Source of the DNA: Octopus sinensis
Taxonomy: Eukaryota
Length of the DNA: 64,000 nt
Direction: 5' to 3'
Assembly (NCBI RefSeq): GCF_006345805.1
Contig: NC_043000.1
Coordinates: 139,190,001 to 139,254,000 of the forward strand
The translations under genes and the position numbers were made by a program. Position 1 is the stretch's first letter. Each line of letters starts with the position of its first letter. This document shows, piece after piece, positions 12,010 through 25,625 of this stretch. The notes beneath the pieces are model-generated. The model was not told the origin of the DNA and made no database searches. It worked only from the letters and a program-made list of their open reading frames with translations.

Positions 12010-12477
12010 GTTTCAGTTTGGAGTGCTTGCGAAGACCTGTTGAAGCAAGTGAAATCGAAATCAAATTTGATGACTGGTATCCGTACTAGTGGAGCACTAA
12101 GAGCACCAGCCGAGTGTGATCGTTGCCAGAGCGGCTAACTGGCATCCATGCCGGTGGCATGTAAAAAGCACTATTTGACTGTGATCATTACCAGTGTCAC
12201 CTTACTGGCACCTGTGCCGTGTGCAGGTGGCATGTAAAAAAACACCATTTCGGCATGGCCTTTGCCAGTACTGCCTGACTGGCCCTCATGCCGGTGGTAC
12301 ATAAAAGCGCCCACTACACTCTCGGAGTGGTTGGCGTTAGGAAGGGCATCCAGCTGTAGAAACTCTGCCAGATCAAGATTAGAGCCTGGTGCAGCTATCA
12401 GGTCCTCAGTCAAATCGTCCAACCCATGCTAGCATGGAAAGCGGAAGTTAAACGACGACGACGATGATGATGATGAT
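12010..12477 (+). mobile_element. RTE LINE 3' end with (GAC/GAT)n tail
   Basis: Same family as 36778-37497. Confidence 0.82.
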
Positions 12478-12976
12478 ATTTGTAAAGAATTGTTTACAAC
12501 TAACTATATGACAATTCTTATGTTAAAAGTTTTATCATAAAATGAACTTCTTAACAACCATCGTTATTACACTTGTTCTGTCTATATAATATGGCATAGT
12601 GTTAGTGTTGGAATGCTTTTAGTTTTTACTCCTTTGTCAGCCGTGGTTGAACAGACTAATGATTAAAGGTATTCCAGCTTTAATCATTTTGTCTTCTTAT
12701 GATTTTATATAATCCTTTTCTTTTTTTTGTTATAGGTATGTTTTAAAAGGCATTTTGGCTGTTATTTCTAGTATGTTTTTATTAGAACATTCTCAGCTCT
12801 TTTCTCATTTAAAATATTTTTGAAAGGTGAACCAATGTAAACATTTGACTTCACCTTGGAATACCAATTTCATACATTGCCGCAAGACTATATTTATATT
12901 ACTTAGTTGATTGAACCATCCATGGGAAGTACTTGCTAGCTATTTCATCAGCTCTAAACTAAAACGTACACAGTCA

Positions 12977-13360
12977 GGTGTAGGAGCAGCTGTGTGGTAA
13001 GTAGCTTGCTTACCAACCACATGGTTCCTGGTTCAGTCCGACTGCCTTGCACCTTGGGCAAGTGTCTTCTACTATAGCCTCGGTCCGACCAAAGCCTTGT
13101 GAGTGGATTTGGTAGACGGAAACTGAAAGGAGCCCATTGTATATATGTATATATGTATAAATGTACATGTGTGTATATGTCTGTGTTTGTCCCCGCAACA
13201 TCGCTTCACAACTGATGTAACTTAGCGGTTCAGCAAAAGAGACCGATAGAATAAGTACTAGGCTTACATAGAATAAGTCCTGGGGTCGATTTGCTCAACT
13301 AAAGGCGTTACTCCAGCATGGCCACAGTCAAATGAGGGAAACAAGTAAAAGAGTAAAGAG
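12977..13360 (+). mobile_element. tRNA-derived SINE, family 1
   Basis: Colinear with 554-954. Confidence 0.88.
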
Positions 13361-14215
13361 TCAGTTCTTGAAGGATTTGAACTTAAAACTTTGTAAGAAA
13401 ATGCCAATATTGTGGTGTTTTATGATTTCTGCTACTCATATGTCAACCACATCTCAGCTGTTCTACTTATACCATGTTGACATTAACAGAAGGCAGCCAA
13501 ACTCAACCATGGTTAGATTTGAATTCTATAGCATGAAATCTTGAACTAGATCCAATAAAGAATTTATTCTAACTATCTGTAATTTTCATTGGTTCCAATA
13601 TTTTCTAATAACTAGGATCAGTGCATTTGTGAATGGGCATATTAATGTGAATATATGTATTTCTAGTTGTTAGTCAAATAGACAAGACGTTTTATTTACC
13701 TTAACATGCATAATAGGATGAGTAAAAACGTATATCATTCTTTACAAATAAATCATGTTAAAATTGATCATGAGCTCCATATTTATACATTTCAATGGAA
13801 AATGTTCCAAATATCCAAGAATAACTTTCTAAACATCAGTTTGCATACACTGACAATGTGTACTTAAGAAGAATATTATTTGGAAATAATAAATGTTTAA
13901 ACAATTAGAAGAAAAAAAATGGTAGTCATTTTAACTTCAGTTAGAGAAAATCTGCAAATTACAAGAAATATATATTGATACCAAAATAATCTGTGAAAGA
14001 ACTATTGATATAGTTTTACGTCATTTTGGTGGAAACAGCTAATATTTGTAACATGTTTTGTATTACTCCTACTATATTAATAATAATACCCATACATACA
14101 TACATACATACATACATAGACAGACAGGCAGACAGACATAGAGCAAGACAGACAGCAAGACAGACAGACAGATAAACAGACACACAAACACACTCACACA
14201 CACAAATAGATAGAA

Positions 14216-14445
14216 GGCGGCCAGTTGGCAGAAACGTTAGCACGCCGGGTGAAATGCTTAGTGGCATTTCGTCTGTCGTTATGTTCTGAGTTCAAATTCT
14301 GCTGAGGTTGACTTTGCCTTTCATCCTTTCGGGGTCGATAAATTAAGTACCAGTTACACACTGGGGTCGATGTAATAGACTTAATCCATTTGTCTGTCCT
14401 TGTTTGTCCCCTCTATGTTTAGCCCCTTGTGGCAATAAAAAAATA
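14216..14445 (+). mobile_element. SINE family 2
   Basis: Colinear with 8183-8410. Confidence 0.88.
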
Positions 14446-14454
14446 ACAAAAAGA

Positions 14455-14772
<318 letters not shown>

Positions 14773-15279
14773 GCAAGGGTGTGTGAATGTCTGTATATTT
14801 GTGTCCCCCTGTCTTTACATCATGTAATGCTATGAATGAATGTCATTCAATTCTAATATTCCTTGAAAGCATGTCTGACCATGATAAATTATTACCTTAC
14901 TACCTTTATTGGAATCAGGTAAAGGTTAATGACAGGAAGGGCATCCAGCTGTAAAAAAATCTACCTCAATAAACTTCATCCTACCCACACAACCTCGGAA
15001 AATTGGACATCAAAAATAATGATGATGATAACGTACATGTATTTATTTATATAAGTTCCCTCACGAGTTACATCACATAGAACTAATTTGTTGCCTAGTT
15101 TTAAGTCATTGACTTCTTCATGGGGGCTGTCAGTAAAAATCAAGAAATGAGACCAAATCAGTATCTTGATATAAAAGATTTCTACTGCAGCAACCCTTGA
15201 AATATAAGTTTCCTTCCTCCATATTTACTACTATTGAGAGTATAAGCACAGAGACATCTCTAGGTTTAAAATGGAGATT

Positions 15280-15725
15280 TTGTTTGTTTTTAATTGCCGG
15301 ATCTGCAGGGAGAGGCAATTCCTATGGTATATGTAGGCCTTCTTAGACAAGTGAAACTGGTTCCATTAATGCTACTCTTGACCTGTGTAAATCAACACCT
15401 GCAGGAAAGACAGGTAGGGAATTCTAGAAGATCAAGATTCTAGGAAAAAAAAGTCTGTGTATAATTATTAGTGCAGGGCCTAGGGAAGGTGTTGAACACA
15501 ATAAGTGTGATAAAAGCAGAAAAGTGAGTGGGATAGGAATAGCTGTGTAGAGTTGATTTGAGCTCAGTCAATTCTTAGGAACAAGAGTTATTATATTGAT
15601 GATAGAAAAGACAGTAAAACAGAGACAGAAGGCCAATGGGCTTAAAGGCTGAAGTGTGCCTGTGAGTGACCTTATACCCATCAGTTAGGTGGCTCTTTTC
15701 TGGATGCAGTCTTGAAAATCTATGT
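15280..15725 (-). pseudogene. Degenerate CR1/L2-group LINE ORF2 C-terminus
   Basis: Minus-strand pieces across frameshifts read DCIQKRAT*LMG..SLTGTLQPLS / LSLFY / NSCS*ELTEL / PRPCTNNYTQTFFS. These resemble the post-RT region of CR1-group LINEs. Confidence 0.55.
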
Positions 15726-15795
15726 CTGCAGGAACATCACTAGCTGAGAAGCTAGAGCAAAACTGCATTTTGGGCCTCAATTGAGCTTCACAGAG

Positions 15796-16682
15796 CAGGG
15801 GTCGGCAAACTGGGGTAAACTACCCCAAGTTGGGTAAAAATGAATTTCTTGGTGGTAATAAGGACTTATTAGACATAAGTAAAACAATATATAAAAAACA
15901 TGTTCTCGTTATGGCAGAAGATTTTCTTCTGACAACACTGCATCTGTCCAAGGTAATGGATGTGTAAACAGATTCATGTAAAGTATTGGGTTGTCCGGAA
16001 AGATCGTGCTGATTTTTAAAGGAAAGAAAAAGGTCAATAAATACTTGCCATTACATTTTTAATCAACCAAATATGAACCATTTTGTTGTACAATACGTCT
16101 CTATCTATCCTTTAACTTGAAAATACCCTCTTCCCAGAATTGAGGTGGTTTCATGGCAAAGAATTCATTAAGGTATCTTTTTACATCAGCCAAGGAATTG
16201 AAATTTTTACCATTAAGACTATTCTGCAGAGACCAGAATAAGTGGAAATCCGAAGGAGCAATATCTGGTGAATATGGAGGGTAGGGTAACACATCCCAGC
16301 CAAGCTGCAGCAATTTTTGTCTGGTTCCCAAAGTATCAACTGCCGAAAATGAACTTTCTGTTCTTCCATTTTAAAGGGTTACAAAATTAACACAGGTTAT
16401 AGGAACATAAACCTTCTTCCATGAAAAGATAGCTTAAACTGTGATCTAAATGGAGGTGTAGTCAAATTCTAGTTTATAGACACAACCGAACCATGTTCAA
16501 AAATAAGTCAAAAGGTAAGCTACTATAAATTGGCACGAACTTTCCGGAGAACCCAATAGATTCAATAGACCTTTTGAATTCAAACAATCTATGATTTTCT
16601 TCCTTTCAAATCAAAGAGGTAATGTTGTGACCTAAATAAATATATTTTGGGGTAATTGGTTAAGAAAGTTCTCCAGCCCCGG
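15796..16682. mobile_element. hAT-type MITE hosting a nested mariner
   Basis: Left end CAGGGGTCGGCAAACT, degenerate right end AGTTCTCCAGCCCCGG. The 8-bp flanks TCACAGAG / TTACTGAG match at 6/8. Confidence 0.6.
15986..16556 (-). mobile_element. Internally deleted mariner element, second copy
   Basis: Reverse complement of 6447-7012 with TA flanks. ORF 16101-16331 contains WDVLPYPPYSPDIAPSDFHLF. Confidence 0.92.
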
Positions 16683-16763
16683 TTACTGAGTATCAATAAC
16701 TAACAGTTGAAGTATCACTACTGCCATCAATTTTCCCTTAGTAACACTATCATTAAATGGAGT

Positions 16764-16968
16764 CTAGGACATTTACCCCACCCCATGGTCAATAAACACC
16801 CCAAGGACAATTAACCCTGAGGACAACAGATGATGATTTAAAACTTCTTAATATATTAGAGAAGGGGTAACTAACCAAGTGAGGTAATTTTCGTAGGGGG
16901 TAATTGTCAGGGTTGATTGTCAGATGGTGAGTGATTGCCCTAGTGGGGTGCGGTAATTGTCCTGATAC
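16764..16968. mobile_element. Degenerate foldback-like MITE with subterminal GGACAATTACCC-type repeats
   Basis: Several GGACA(A/T)TT.ACCC motifs on the left are mirrored by GGTAATTGTC motifs on the right. Confidence 0.4.
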
Positions 16969-17014
16969 ATATTAAATGTCCTCTAAAAGTTTGTGTGATC
17001 CATAATTGAGCTAT

Positions 17015-17500
17015 TATTGAAATCAAATTCGATGACTGGCATCCATGCTAGTGGACCGCTGAGAGTACCATATGAGCATGATCGTTGCCAGAGAAACAAA
17101 TTGGCCTCTGTGCTGGTGGCATGTAAAAAGCACCATTCAAGCGTGATCATTACCTGCGTCGCATTACTGGCACTTGTGCTGGTGGCACATGAAAAAACAT
17201 TTGAGCGAGGTCGTTGCCAGTGCCGCTGGACTGGCTCCTGTGCAGGTGGCACATAAAAAGCACCATTTGAGTGTGGCCGTTGCCAGTACCACCTGACTGG
17301 CCCTCGTGCCAGTGGCATGTAAAAGCACCCACTACACAGTGGTTGGCGCTAGTAAGGGCATCCAGCTGTAGAAACTCTGCCAGATCAGATTAGAGTCTGG
17401 TGCAGCTATCTGGTTTGCCAGACCTCAGTCAAATCGTCCAACCCATGCTAGCATGGAAAACGGACGTTAAACGATGATGATGATGATGATGATGATGATG
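17015..17500 (+). mobile_element. RTE LINE 3' end with (GAT)n tail
   Basis: Same family as 12010-12477. Confidence 0.82.
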
Positions 17501-18448
17501 AGTTATAGACTATTTCATTTGAGGTTCAGGTTTCTAGCAGAGATATTATACAGTTTCACAATTGTAACTGTTTGTATAAGAATGTTGCAGAAGTGTTTTA
17601 GGACACAGTATGCTAGTCAGATTTTACCCCTACACAACTGTTTATGCTTCAGCTGATATTTTTCTCCCACTATTGTTTTCAACATGAAAGGAACCGCATT
17701 TGACAGCAGCGAAAGCCTTGCAGCTCCATTTGTGAAATATAAGTTGTATCTCGGATTTAAGATTTTTGTAGTCCATTTTCACTGCAGACTCACTTTGTTC
17801 AAGTGATCATTACTATTGAACCAGTGTCAAATATCTGTCTGCATGTGTGTGTGTGTGTGTGTATGTGTGCCTGTGTACACACACGTAAACATGTGCTTGT
17901 TTTTTGTATATATGAATGCACGTGTGAATGTTTGTGGTGGAAGAGAAAGACAGAGAATTTGGCTGTGCATTATGTATGTAAACATGTATGGCAAGTAATA
18001 TTCTTGATTTTAAAATATGATTATTACGTTTTTTTTTTCACCTCCGATTGCTTCAAGATAAAGTGGATATTCAATTGTTAAACTTTTGATATGAAACTGA
18101 TATAAAATATATCAAAGTTATATATCATTTCCTTTACATTAGAGTCTCTTTACCTTTCTACTATTTATGAGAAACACATAGGAAGTATTTACAAGTTTTG
18201 CTTAAAGCTACTACTTATAATAATAGTAATAATAATAGTATCAGTATCTAAGGATTCTTTTAATATTGGTATGATTTGTTTGAGTCACTAAGTGCATGTG
18301 TATATTCACTATGCTGAGGATTTTTAAAAAAATATTTTGTGGAGTGTGCTTTGATATTATATTTATGGATTTCAAAAATTCCTTTAAGGGTTTATCTAAC
18401 ACTGTTACACATACTTTGAAAGGCTGTGTCCACTTAAGTCAATGACTT

Positions 18449-18610
18449 ATACAAGGTGCATTCAAGAAGTTTTGAGACATTTTCAGGTGAGTTATTTATA
18501 AATTTCAAAGTAGAACAAAACTCCAATCTCCTTCAAATTAGGATCCTCTGTCTTCAATGCACTTGTTCTAGTGCTACAGCCTCTTTGTGAAGGCCTCTTG
18601 GCAACCCTCT
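18449..18610 (-). mobile_element. Mariner 3' end fragment, different family
   Basis: TA-CAAGGTGCATTCAAGAAGTTT TIR-like end. Minus strand reads ..EAFTKRL*H*NKCIEDRGS*FEGD, like the mariner terminal KCI...G.YFEG motif. Confidence 0.5.
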
Positions 18611-18887
18611 GATGTGATAATGACAATGATGATGATAACGAGGATGACGACGACAATAACAACAACAACAACAACGATGATGTTGATGATGGTGATGATG
18701 TTTGATAGTAACATACCAGCATTTCAAACAAATGAAAAATATGTAGGTGAACAAGCTGATCAAGATGAAACATTGAAGTCACTGTCAGGCTTTTTTATTT
18801 TTGTATATATAAATCTAATAAGCATGTACTCTACTAAAATGTATTGAGTAATTGTTCAATTTGATGTAGAATTGTTCATTTAATAAA

Positions 18888-19405
18888 TGACGAAAGACTG
18901 AGACCTCTGAGATATGCCGTGACTGTGAAGACCCAACAAATGAAGTGAGTTCATGGCTCGCAGGACGGCTTGCTGTGCTAACCTTGTATCGTAGAGTGAC
19001 CCACTGTGCTTGAGGAGACCTATTGAGTCAAAATAAAAATAAAAATCAAATGGAAATTGTAGTTAAGATGCCCATGCTAGTGGCATGTAAAAGGCACCAT
19101 CTGAACGTGGTTGATGCCAGCACCGCCTGACTGGTATCCGTGTCGGTGATGTGTAAAAAGCACCAACCAATCATGGCTGTTTTCCAGCCTCCTCTGGCCC
19201 CTGTGCCGGTGGCATGTAAAAAGCACCCACTACATACACGGAGTGGTTGGCATTAAGAAGGGCATCCAGCTGTAGAAACACTGCCAGATCAGACTAGAAC
19301 CTGGTGTAGCCTCCTGGCTTCCCAGACCCTGGTTGAACCGTTGAACCCATGCTAGCATGGGAAACGGACGTTAAACAATGATGATGATGATGATGACGAC
19401 GATGA
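18888..19405 (+). mobile_element. RTE LINE 3' end
   Basis: ORF-end remnant (GACTGAGACCTCTGAGATATGCCGTG), 3' UTR repeats and (GAT)n tail. Confidence 0.75.
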
Positions 19406-19544
19406 TAACTTGAAATAGAAAAAGGGAACACTAATGTGTGTGTGTGTGTGTGTGTGTGTGTAGCTATTTCTTTTTGGTCATTGTTGATTGAATTGTGCAA
19501 ATTACACTAGGCCAAAAACGGTCTTAATTCCTTTCATGTAAGTG

Positions 19545-20120
19545 TCATGTAAATGGCTCAAGTGAAATTGCAATTGTGGTCATAGCTAGTGCCGTGATCT
19601 TCAAATGCTGGTCCTCACAGAGGTGAAGGACAAAGTGGTGAAGTATGATGTTCAAATGTTGGGCCTCACGGAGGTGATGACAAGTGACCGATACCTTGGT
19701 GATATGCTGCACTTGAGAAGACATGTCAAGCCAAGTGAAACCATAGTCATGCAAATGGCACCTGTGCCAGTGGCACTTAAAAAGCACTTGTTACACTGAA
19801 TCAGGCTGGAACCTGGTGCAGCTCTCTGGCTTACCAGTTCCAGTCAAACCATTTAATCCATACCAGCATAGAAAGTGGGCATTAAATGGTGATGATGATG
19901 AAGATGATGATGATGATGATAATGATAAGGAAGATGATGACGATGATGAAGATGAAGATGGTGAAAATGAAGATGATGAAGATGATGATGATGATGATGA
20001 AGATGATGATGATGAAGATGAAGGTGAAGATGATGAAGGGGAAGATGAAGATGAAGATGATGATGATGAAGATGGTGAAGATAAAGATGAAGATGAAGGT
20101 GAAGATGAAGATGGTGAAGA

Positions 20121-20150
<30 letters not shown>
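19545..20150 (+). mobile_element. Rearranged RTE 3' end with an expanded (GAT/GAA/GGT)n tail
   Basis: ORF 19605 KVVKYDVQMLGLTEVMTSDRYL matches the RTE ORF2 end seen at 37350-37497. The tail is expanded to about 265 bp (19886-20150). Confidence 0.7.
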
Positions 20151-20151
<1 letters not shown>

Positions 20152-20733
20152 AGAACCAAGGTGAGGCAAGTAGTGATGATAGCAGAAAAACCATGCCCAT
20201 AGCTATTCTCTTTTCTTGAGAGCACCACCAGATCACTAGCATGTCAATTTTAGAGAATACTTGATTTTTAAGATTATGCCCCTTCCTCAATAAAAATTGA
20301 TCCCAATTGCTAACTTATGATTCTTTTACCACTTTCTGGACTTGAAAAGATTTTCCATAGATCAAGATTATGTCTTGTATGTTATTTAATATACCTTATT
20401 TAAACAACATAATATCATTAACAGTGAGCTGTATCTTTCACACATACAAAGCTATTTAAAAAGAAAATTTTCTGATACAACATCCTACAGCTAATAGCAT
20501 TCAACATTAGTAAATACATGATAAATATTACCCACATCGTTTTATGCATAGCTCCTCAATAGTGCTGGTGGCACAAAAATAATTCCCAGTACACACTGTA
20601 AAGTGGTCGGCATTAGGAAGGACATCCAGACACAGTAACCATGCTGGAACATGATACAGTCCTTAGATTCATCAGATGCTGTCAATCTGTCCTACCCATA
20701 CCAGCATGGAACATAGCTGCTCAATAAGGATAT

Positions 20734-20769
<36 letters not shown>

Positions 20770-21296
20770 GTAAACAGTAAAAAATATATGCAAACTGAGA
20801 CAAGAACATGAAACACCTGGAAGACGACACAAGAACCACAGGACGGGACATTCGAAGCCCTCAGTCATCAGTCAAGAACCGGATCATCTTCGCAATTTCG
20901 GCTGATTAATCTTGAGATTGCTCCGACCTGAGCAGCCTCCAAGGGAAATCTAAGCCAAGCGCATTAGATCCCTTTGGAAGAAAGCTTCGAATGTATACAA
21001 CACAAGGACGGAAAACGAACGAAGTACACGAATAAAAATACAGAAATACGTGAAAACAATAAGGAAAGCACGAATAAGAATACAAAAACGTAAAAACAAT
21101 AAAGGTAAGGATAGGGAGAATTCGCAAAAAACAACAACAAAAGACGAAGACAGGTGGTGTAGACAAAAAACAGATGTATTAGTATAACGCTCAGGAAGTG
21201 AAAAAGTCTTTAACATTTCGAGCCTATGCTCTTCCACAGAAAGAAACAAGGAGAGAAAATAAAGAATGTGGTGTGGCTAGCGATCTATCATGGTGA
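20770..21296 (-). mobile_element. PLE pseudo-LTR-like cassette next to (TA)n
   Basis: Minus 21244-21206 reads TCTTT-CTGTGGA-A-GAGC-ATAG-GCTC-GAAATGTT-AAAGAC, the same family as 39241-39278. Also shares CACCTG.CTTCGTCTTT. Confidence 0.7.
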
Positions 21297-21674
21297 ATAC
21301 ACGCACACACACACACACACGCACACACACACACACGCACGCTTATATATATACGTAAACGTTTGATTTTTTTGTCAGTTATAATAAAAACTATTTAGGA
21401 TTAAACTGAAGAATTACTCAATACTTTTTATAGAGTGCATACCTATTGTACTCTTATAATATATAGAATAATATGTAGTCTTATATATAAATATATTTAA
21501 ACACTTATATTTATCTCAAACCTCCTTTCTCTTTCTCTCTCTCTTTGTATGTTTATATACCTATATACATATATGTGTGTGTGTGTGTGTGTGTATTTAC
21601 TTGCATACATACAGATAAATAGATAGCTTCATGTTTAAAAATGCATACCAATGATATACTTTTCTAATGCATTT

Positions 21675-21930
21675 ACATGCCATGCCCAGCTTGATCACCT
21701 GATATTTTGAATTACGATTATTTTCTTTAGGGAAAGTATTCGTTGAAGGGAAAATTTCGTCAATAAACAGTGCACATTAGAGGAATAGAAAGCTACTACT
21801 CATCAGGAAATTACTGCGATACCTCAAGACATGGTGTGATAGACAATGTAGAACTTCCAAGCCAGGCTCCAAGTATGTGTACAAAACAATGGAAGGCATT
21901 TGAATGACATTGTTATCAAGACTAAATGAA
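21675..21930 (+). pseudogene. Degenerate Tc1/mariner-superfamily transposase C-terminus
   Basis: Reads PCPA*SPDILNYDYFL*GK (decayed WPARSPDLNPCDYFLWG), then QEITAIPQDMV and NFQARLQVCVQNNGRHLNDIVIKTK*, with frameshifts. Confidence 0.7.
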
Positions 21931-23136
21931 CAGTTACTTATTTGTTACTTATACGTTGTTAAAAGGCACACATTGTTCTGTACATTTAAACAACATTGTA
22001 TTCATTTAATAACACTCTGTTTTCCTTGCTGGACCTTGTATTTAGCTTCAGGAATATTTCTGAATAAATTTGTCTTGCTTAAAAATTAAGGCTTGTATGA
22101 TATTATTTCCAATACTTTATATAAGATATTCCCATTGTTCTCGATGTATCAGATATGCAGCATGGACAATTTGTATTCATATCTTTGCTTTCCAATTTTA
22201 GTTCCCAGATAAAGCAAACAAGTGTAATTTGATAAGAGTAAAGTGATAATTTGATTTGTTGAGGATCTTCAGGTTACAGCAACATAAGTTGTCTCCATTT
22301 GAATACTCACCTTACTTCACACTTACTTAACATTCATCATGGCTTGTGGATAGTAAAATACTTATTCTTCAGGTCATCAGTCATTAGAAAAAAAACTTAC
22401 TTTCAAATCTAAATATGAATAAATAAATGAAATATATTATTTTGGTGAGTGAGGTGAAGAAAGCTGAAAGTAGTGTCTCATGTGACTAAGAAGTATCATA
22501 AAAGGCATATATATAGGAAGTACATTTCCAGCGTGTCAGAAAATACAACTAATAGCACACAGAGATACCTTTCAAAATGGGCCCATACTATACACTAAGT
22601 TATTCTTACTAATAAAAGTATTGGCTGCTGCAGATGACTTCCAGTGTCAGCTAGAGCAGAAATTGAACACTGAGCAACACTAAGGTTGCCTCACATAGTT
22701 GATCAACAAGAAAGCTGGAAGGCAATTGTAGTTTACCAAGCACTGTCTGAAACATCCTAAGTTACTCATTAGCCGTGTTATTTACTAAGAATCACTCCAT
22801 GAGATTATAACCCAAATGTATCTTCCAAAGTCTGCACAAGATGATTGGGGACAGTGAGTTCCAAATGCTGATGAACTTTCAAAGCTCATGATGGAATGGG
22901 GATATGTATTGCATTTCTCACTGTGCACGGTGTAAATGCAAACTGTAGTCACCATCAAAAGAAAACAAGGTCTTAAGATGCAAATGATTGCATATTGTTT
23001 GTCCTTAATATATTCTTAGTAAGTTCCACTGTTTAAGCAAGTTCAGTATCTTTACAGAATCTAGCAAAACCATGTAACTCATCTGGATGGTCAATTGCAA
23101 AATTCCTCAAACCAAACAATGAGATTTGCTGTAAGG

Positions 23137-23337
23137 CAGTGGTTTTCAACCAGGGTTCTGCCAGTACAGTCCAGGGGCTCCGCAAGAAGTTACAAAAAGC
23201 TAAAATCGGCAGTAATTTTTAATTCTCCTGTGCAGATATGTGTGCATAAGACTATTAAATTATTGCACAGGTGTTCCCCGAGCCAGTGGAATGTTTCCTT
23301 GGGGTTCCATTCCAAGCAAAAAGTTTGAAAAGCACTG
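23137..23337. mobile_element. hAT (Charlie-like) MITE
   Basis: TIRs CAGTGGTTTTCAA / TTGAAAAGCACTG and a perfect 8-bp TSD CTGTAAGG (23129-23136, 23338-23345). Confidence 0.9.
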
Positions 23338-23647
23338 CTGTAAGGTTATTTTAATGGATTGATTCAGTTAGAAGGGATTGCGTCTATGACATTTGCAGGC
23401 TTTGAAAGACTAACCGGATTGATTTGGTTAATGTTTGGTTTGAACAGATGCACTTCGAAGTCAAAAAGAAAATTAATAACCAGGAGAGATGGCTATGTCA
23501 GGTGGACTTCAGTAGGGGTGTTATTGAATTATTTAGCTCTGAGAATTGTTGTTGCTTTTGTTTCAAGAAAGGAGCAAACATTTGTGAATTCTTGTCTCTG
23601 ATTTATTGTCAAATCTTTTTTATTCATTCATTCAATTTATATTGCAA

Positions 23648-24029
23648 CTAGCAGTATCGCCCAGCGTTGCTCGTGTTTGTTTCAACGCTTTAAAATTAGA
23701 ATTTTTGAAAAGTAAAACTTTTGCATTATGTAGCTTGTTATTCTCTTTAAATGAATATTTTTCTGATTGAAATACACTGAAAAATGGCGACACAGCAGTG
23801 AAAAAATCGTAAAAAATAGGGATTTTCATAGAAAAAAAGCACCTTTTTATGTAAATAATTTTTGGTTTTAACATGGTCCAATTTGAATTTTTATCTTCTA
23901 CGGAATGAAGAGCAAGCCTTCTTCTATCATACTCTCAATTTTGGTCAACTTGCACCGGAGGAGATAGTGTTAGCTGAAGACTACCAAATCAGCCACACAC
24001 AGACAACTTCAGCTTTACATATATATAGA
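23648..24029 (-). mobile_element. Non-autonomous Helitron
   Basis: Minus strand A|TCTATATATATG ... CGAGCAACGCTGGGCGATACTGCTAG|T. Confidence 0.82.
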
Positions 24030-25625
24030 TTTGTGAAATGTAGCATTGGCTACAGGTTTTCAGTTAGTCATCACCAGTGCTTTGTCTCAAATGACTCTCT
24101 GTCTAACCCATAACAGCATAGAGAAATGAACGATAGGCATTAAATGAAGATTAAACATGTTCTTTAATTTGCTTTTACTCTCATAGCCAAGCTAATACCA
24201 GGACATATCCATCACTGACTTTGATAACCTATGATTCTCAATCTGTTATGTAAATTTCATTCAGGTGATAGATACCTAATTTGTCATAACTAAACTGCCA
24301 TGCAATGAACATAATTTTTTCCTCATAGCCAGAGCTTTTTAATATGAGGAATAATCAGGACAGCTCATAGTTTTAATCCAGGGCAATTTAACTATGTCCT
24401 GTTGAATAATCAAATTTTATATTAAGAGTCTCTTTACAATTGTTGCAACAAGGAAAGTGTAATTAGATTTCAGAACCATACAATTCACTAAGGGAAGACA
24501 TGGTCAAATGACTTATGAAGTTAAAAAATACCTCATTAAAATTAAATTCCTGAATAATAAATACTTATTCTCACTATACTGCTTATACTCATGTACAAAG
24601 AAAAGGTTTGGCCAAAACCTAATATATCCCTGTTTTACTACAAATGTCTGTATTTGAAAATGAAGAAAATTTGGAACATAAGAACTAAATGTAAAATTAA
24701 GGCAATATCACACTTTGCAGATCTGTCCCTAAAGTTAAATTTATACAAGACTGAGTAGAACATGGGTACTGGCTTTGTAACATCACATACATTTATTGGA
24801 AAGCATAATAGAGGATAAAGTAGATTTTTCATCAATATCAGAATAGAGAAATTTTAGAAAGCCTAGAAAAATATCTACTGGCTGAAGAACATATATAGCT
24901 TAAAAATTGAAAGCATATATTGATACAGAATAAAATTTCCATACTTGATAGAGAAGCATAGTGAAACATTATAGATATCAAAGAAACAGAACATACAAAG
25001 TATGTTAATAACTCATTCAGTAAGTCCAGTGCTAACAGCAATGTAGTATATTACTACCCTTCCCATAGTCTCTGGAACAAGGGGTGCAGGTGTTGGGCCA
25101 TGAAAATGCTTCGAATAGCTTGGGTTGGACCTAGATTTGTCTTTCTTAAAGGACCCATGGTCCTTCCTGAAAGATATAGCTAAATAACCTAAAATTACTT
25201 CACTACTTGTTTGTATACTGGTGGCATAGTGATTAGGAATGTTATTATACATAAACTAAAGGTAAATGTACTGAGTTTCAATCTATGCTGAGATTAAGAA
25301 TGTGTACAGATATATATTCCCTAAAGAGAAAATTAATAACTTTTCCTGGTTTCAACCATTGTAATCTGTACGTGCTAGGGCTCTCCCTTCAAAGGTTTTA
25401 TCAAATCAGTCCAATGTTTGTTTATTTTATGGCCAAATTACCTTTTTAAGTAAAAATGCTACAACTTGAAACATTGATTCACATAGATACAGATAAACAT
25501 CGATGTATATACATACACAAACTCATGAAAGATTTCAGCTAACATTTCACTTACAAGTCAAATGTAACACATTTCCCATCATAAAATATTAGTCAATGTG
25601 AGACTACAGATTGAACCTGGACATA

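Noticed and set aside
17030-17335. Periodic TGGCATGTAAAAAGCACC repeats with variable spacers, superficially CRISPR-like
   Set aside because: The spacers are homologous to each other, and the array is the internal tandem repeat of the RTE 3' UTR found in many copies. The context is eukaryotic with no cas genes.
19816-20202. Acidic D/E-rich 128-aa ORF resembling a biomineralisation or nucleolin-like protein
   Set aside because: Its N-terminus is RTE 3' UTR and the acidic run is the expanded (GAT)n tail.
22560-23090. Possible L2/CR1 3' remnant (IWNSL on the minus strand)
   Set aside because: A single short motif is insufficient.
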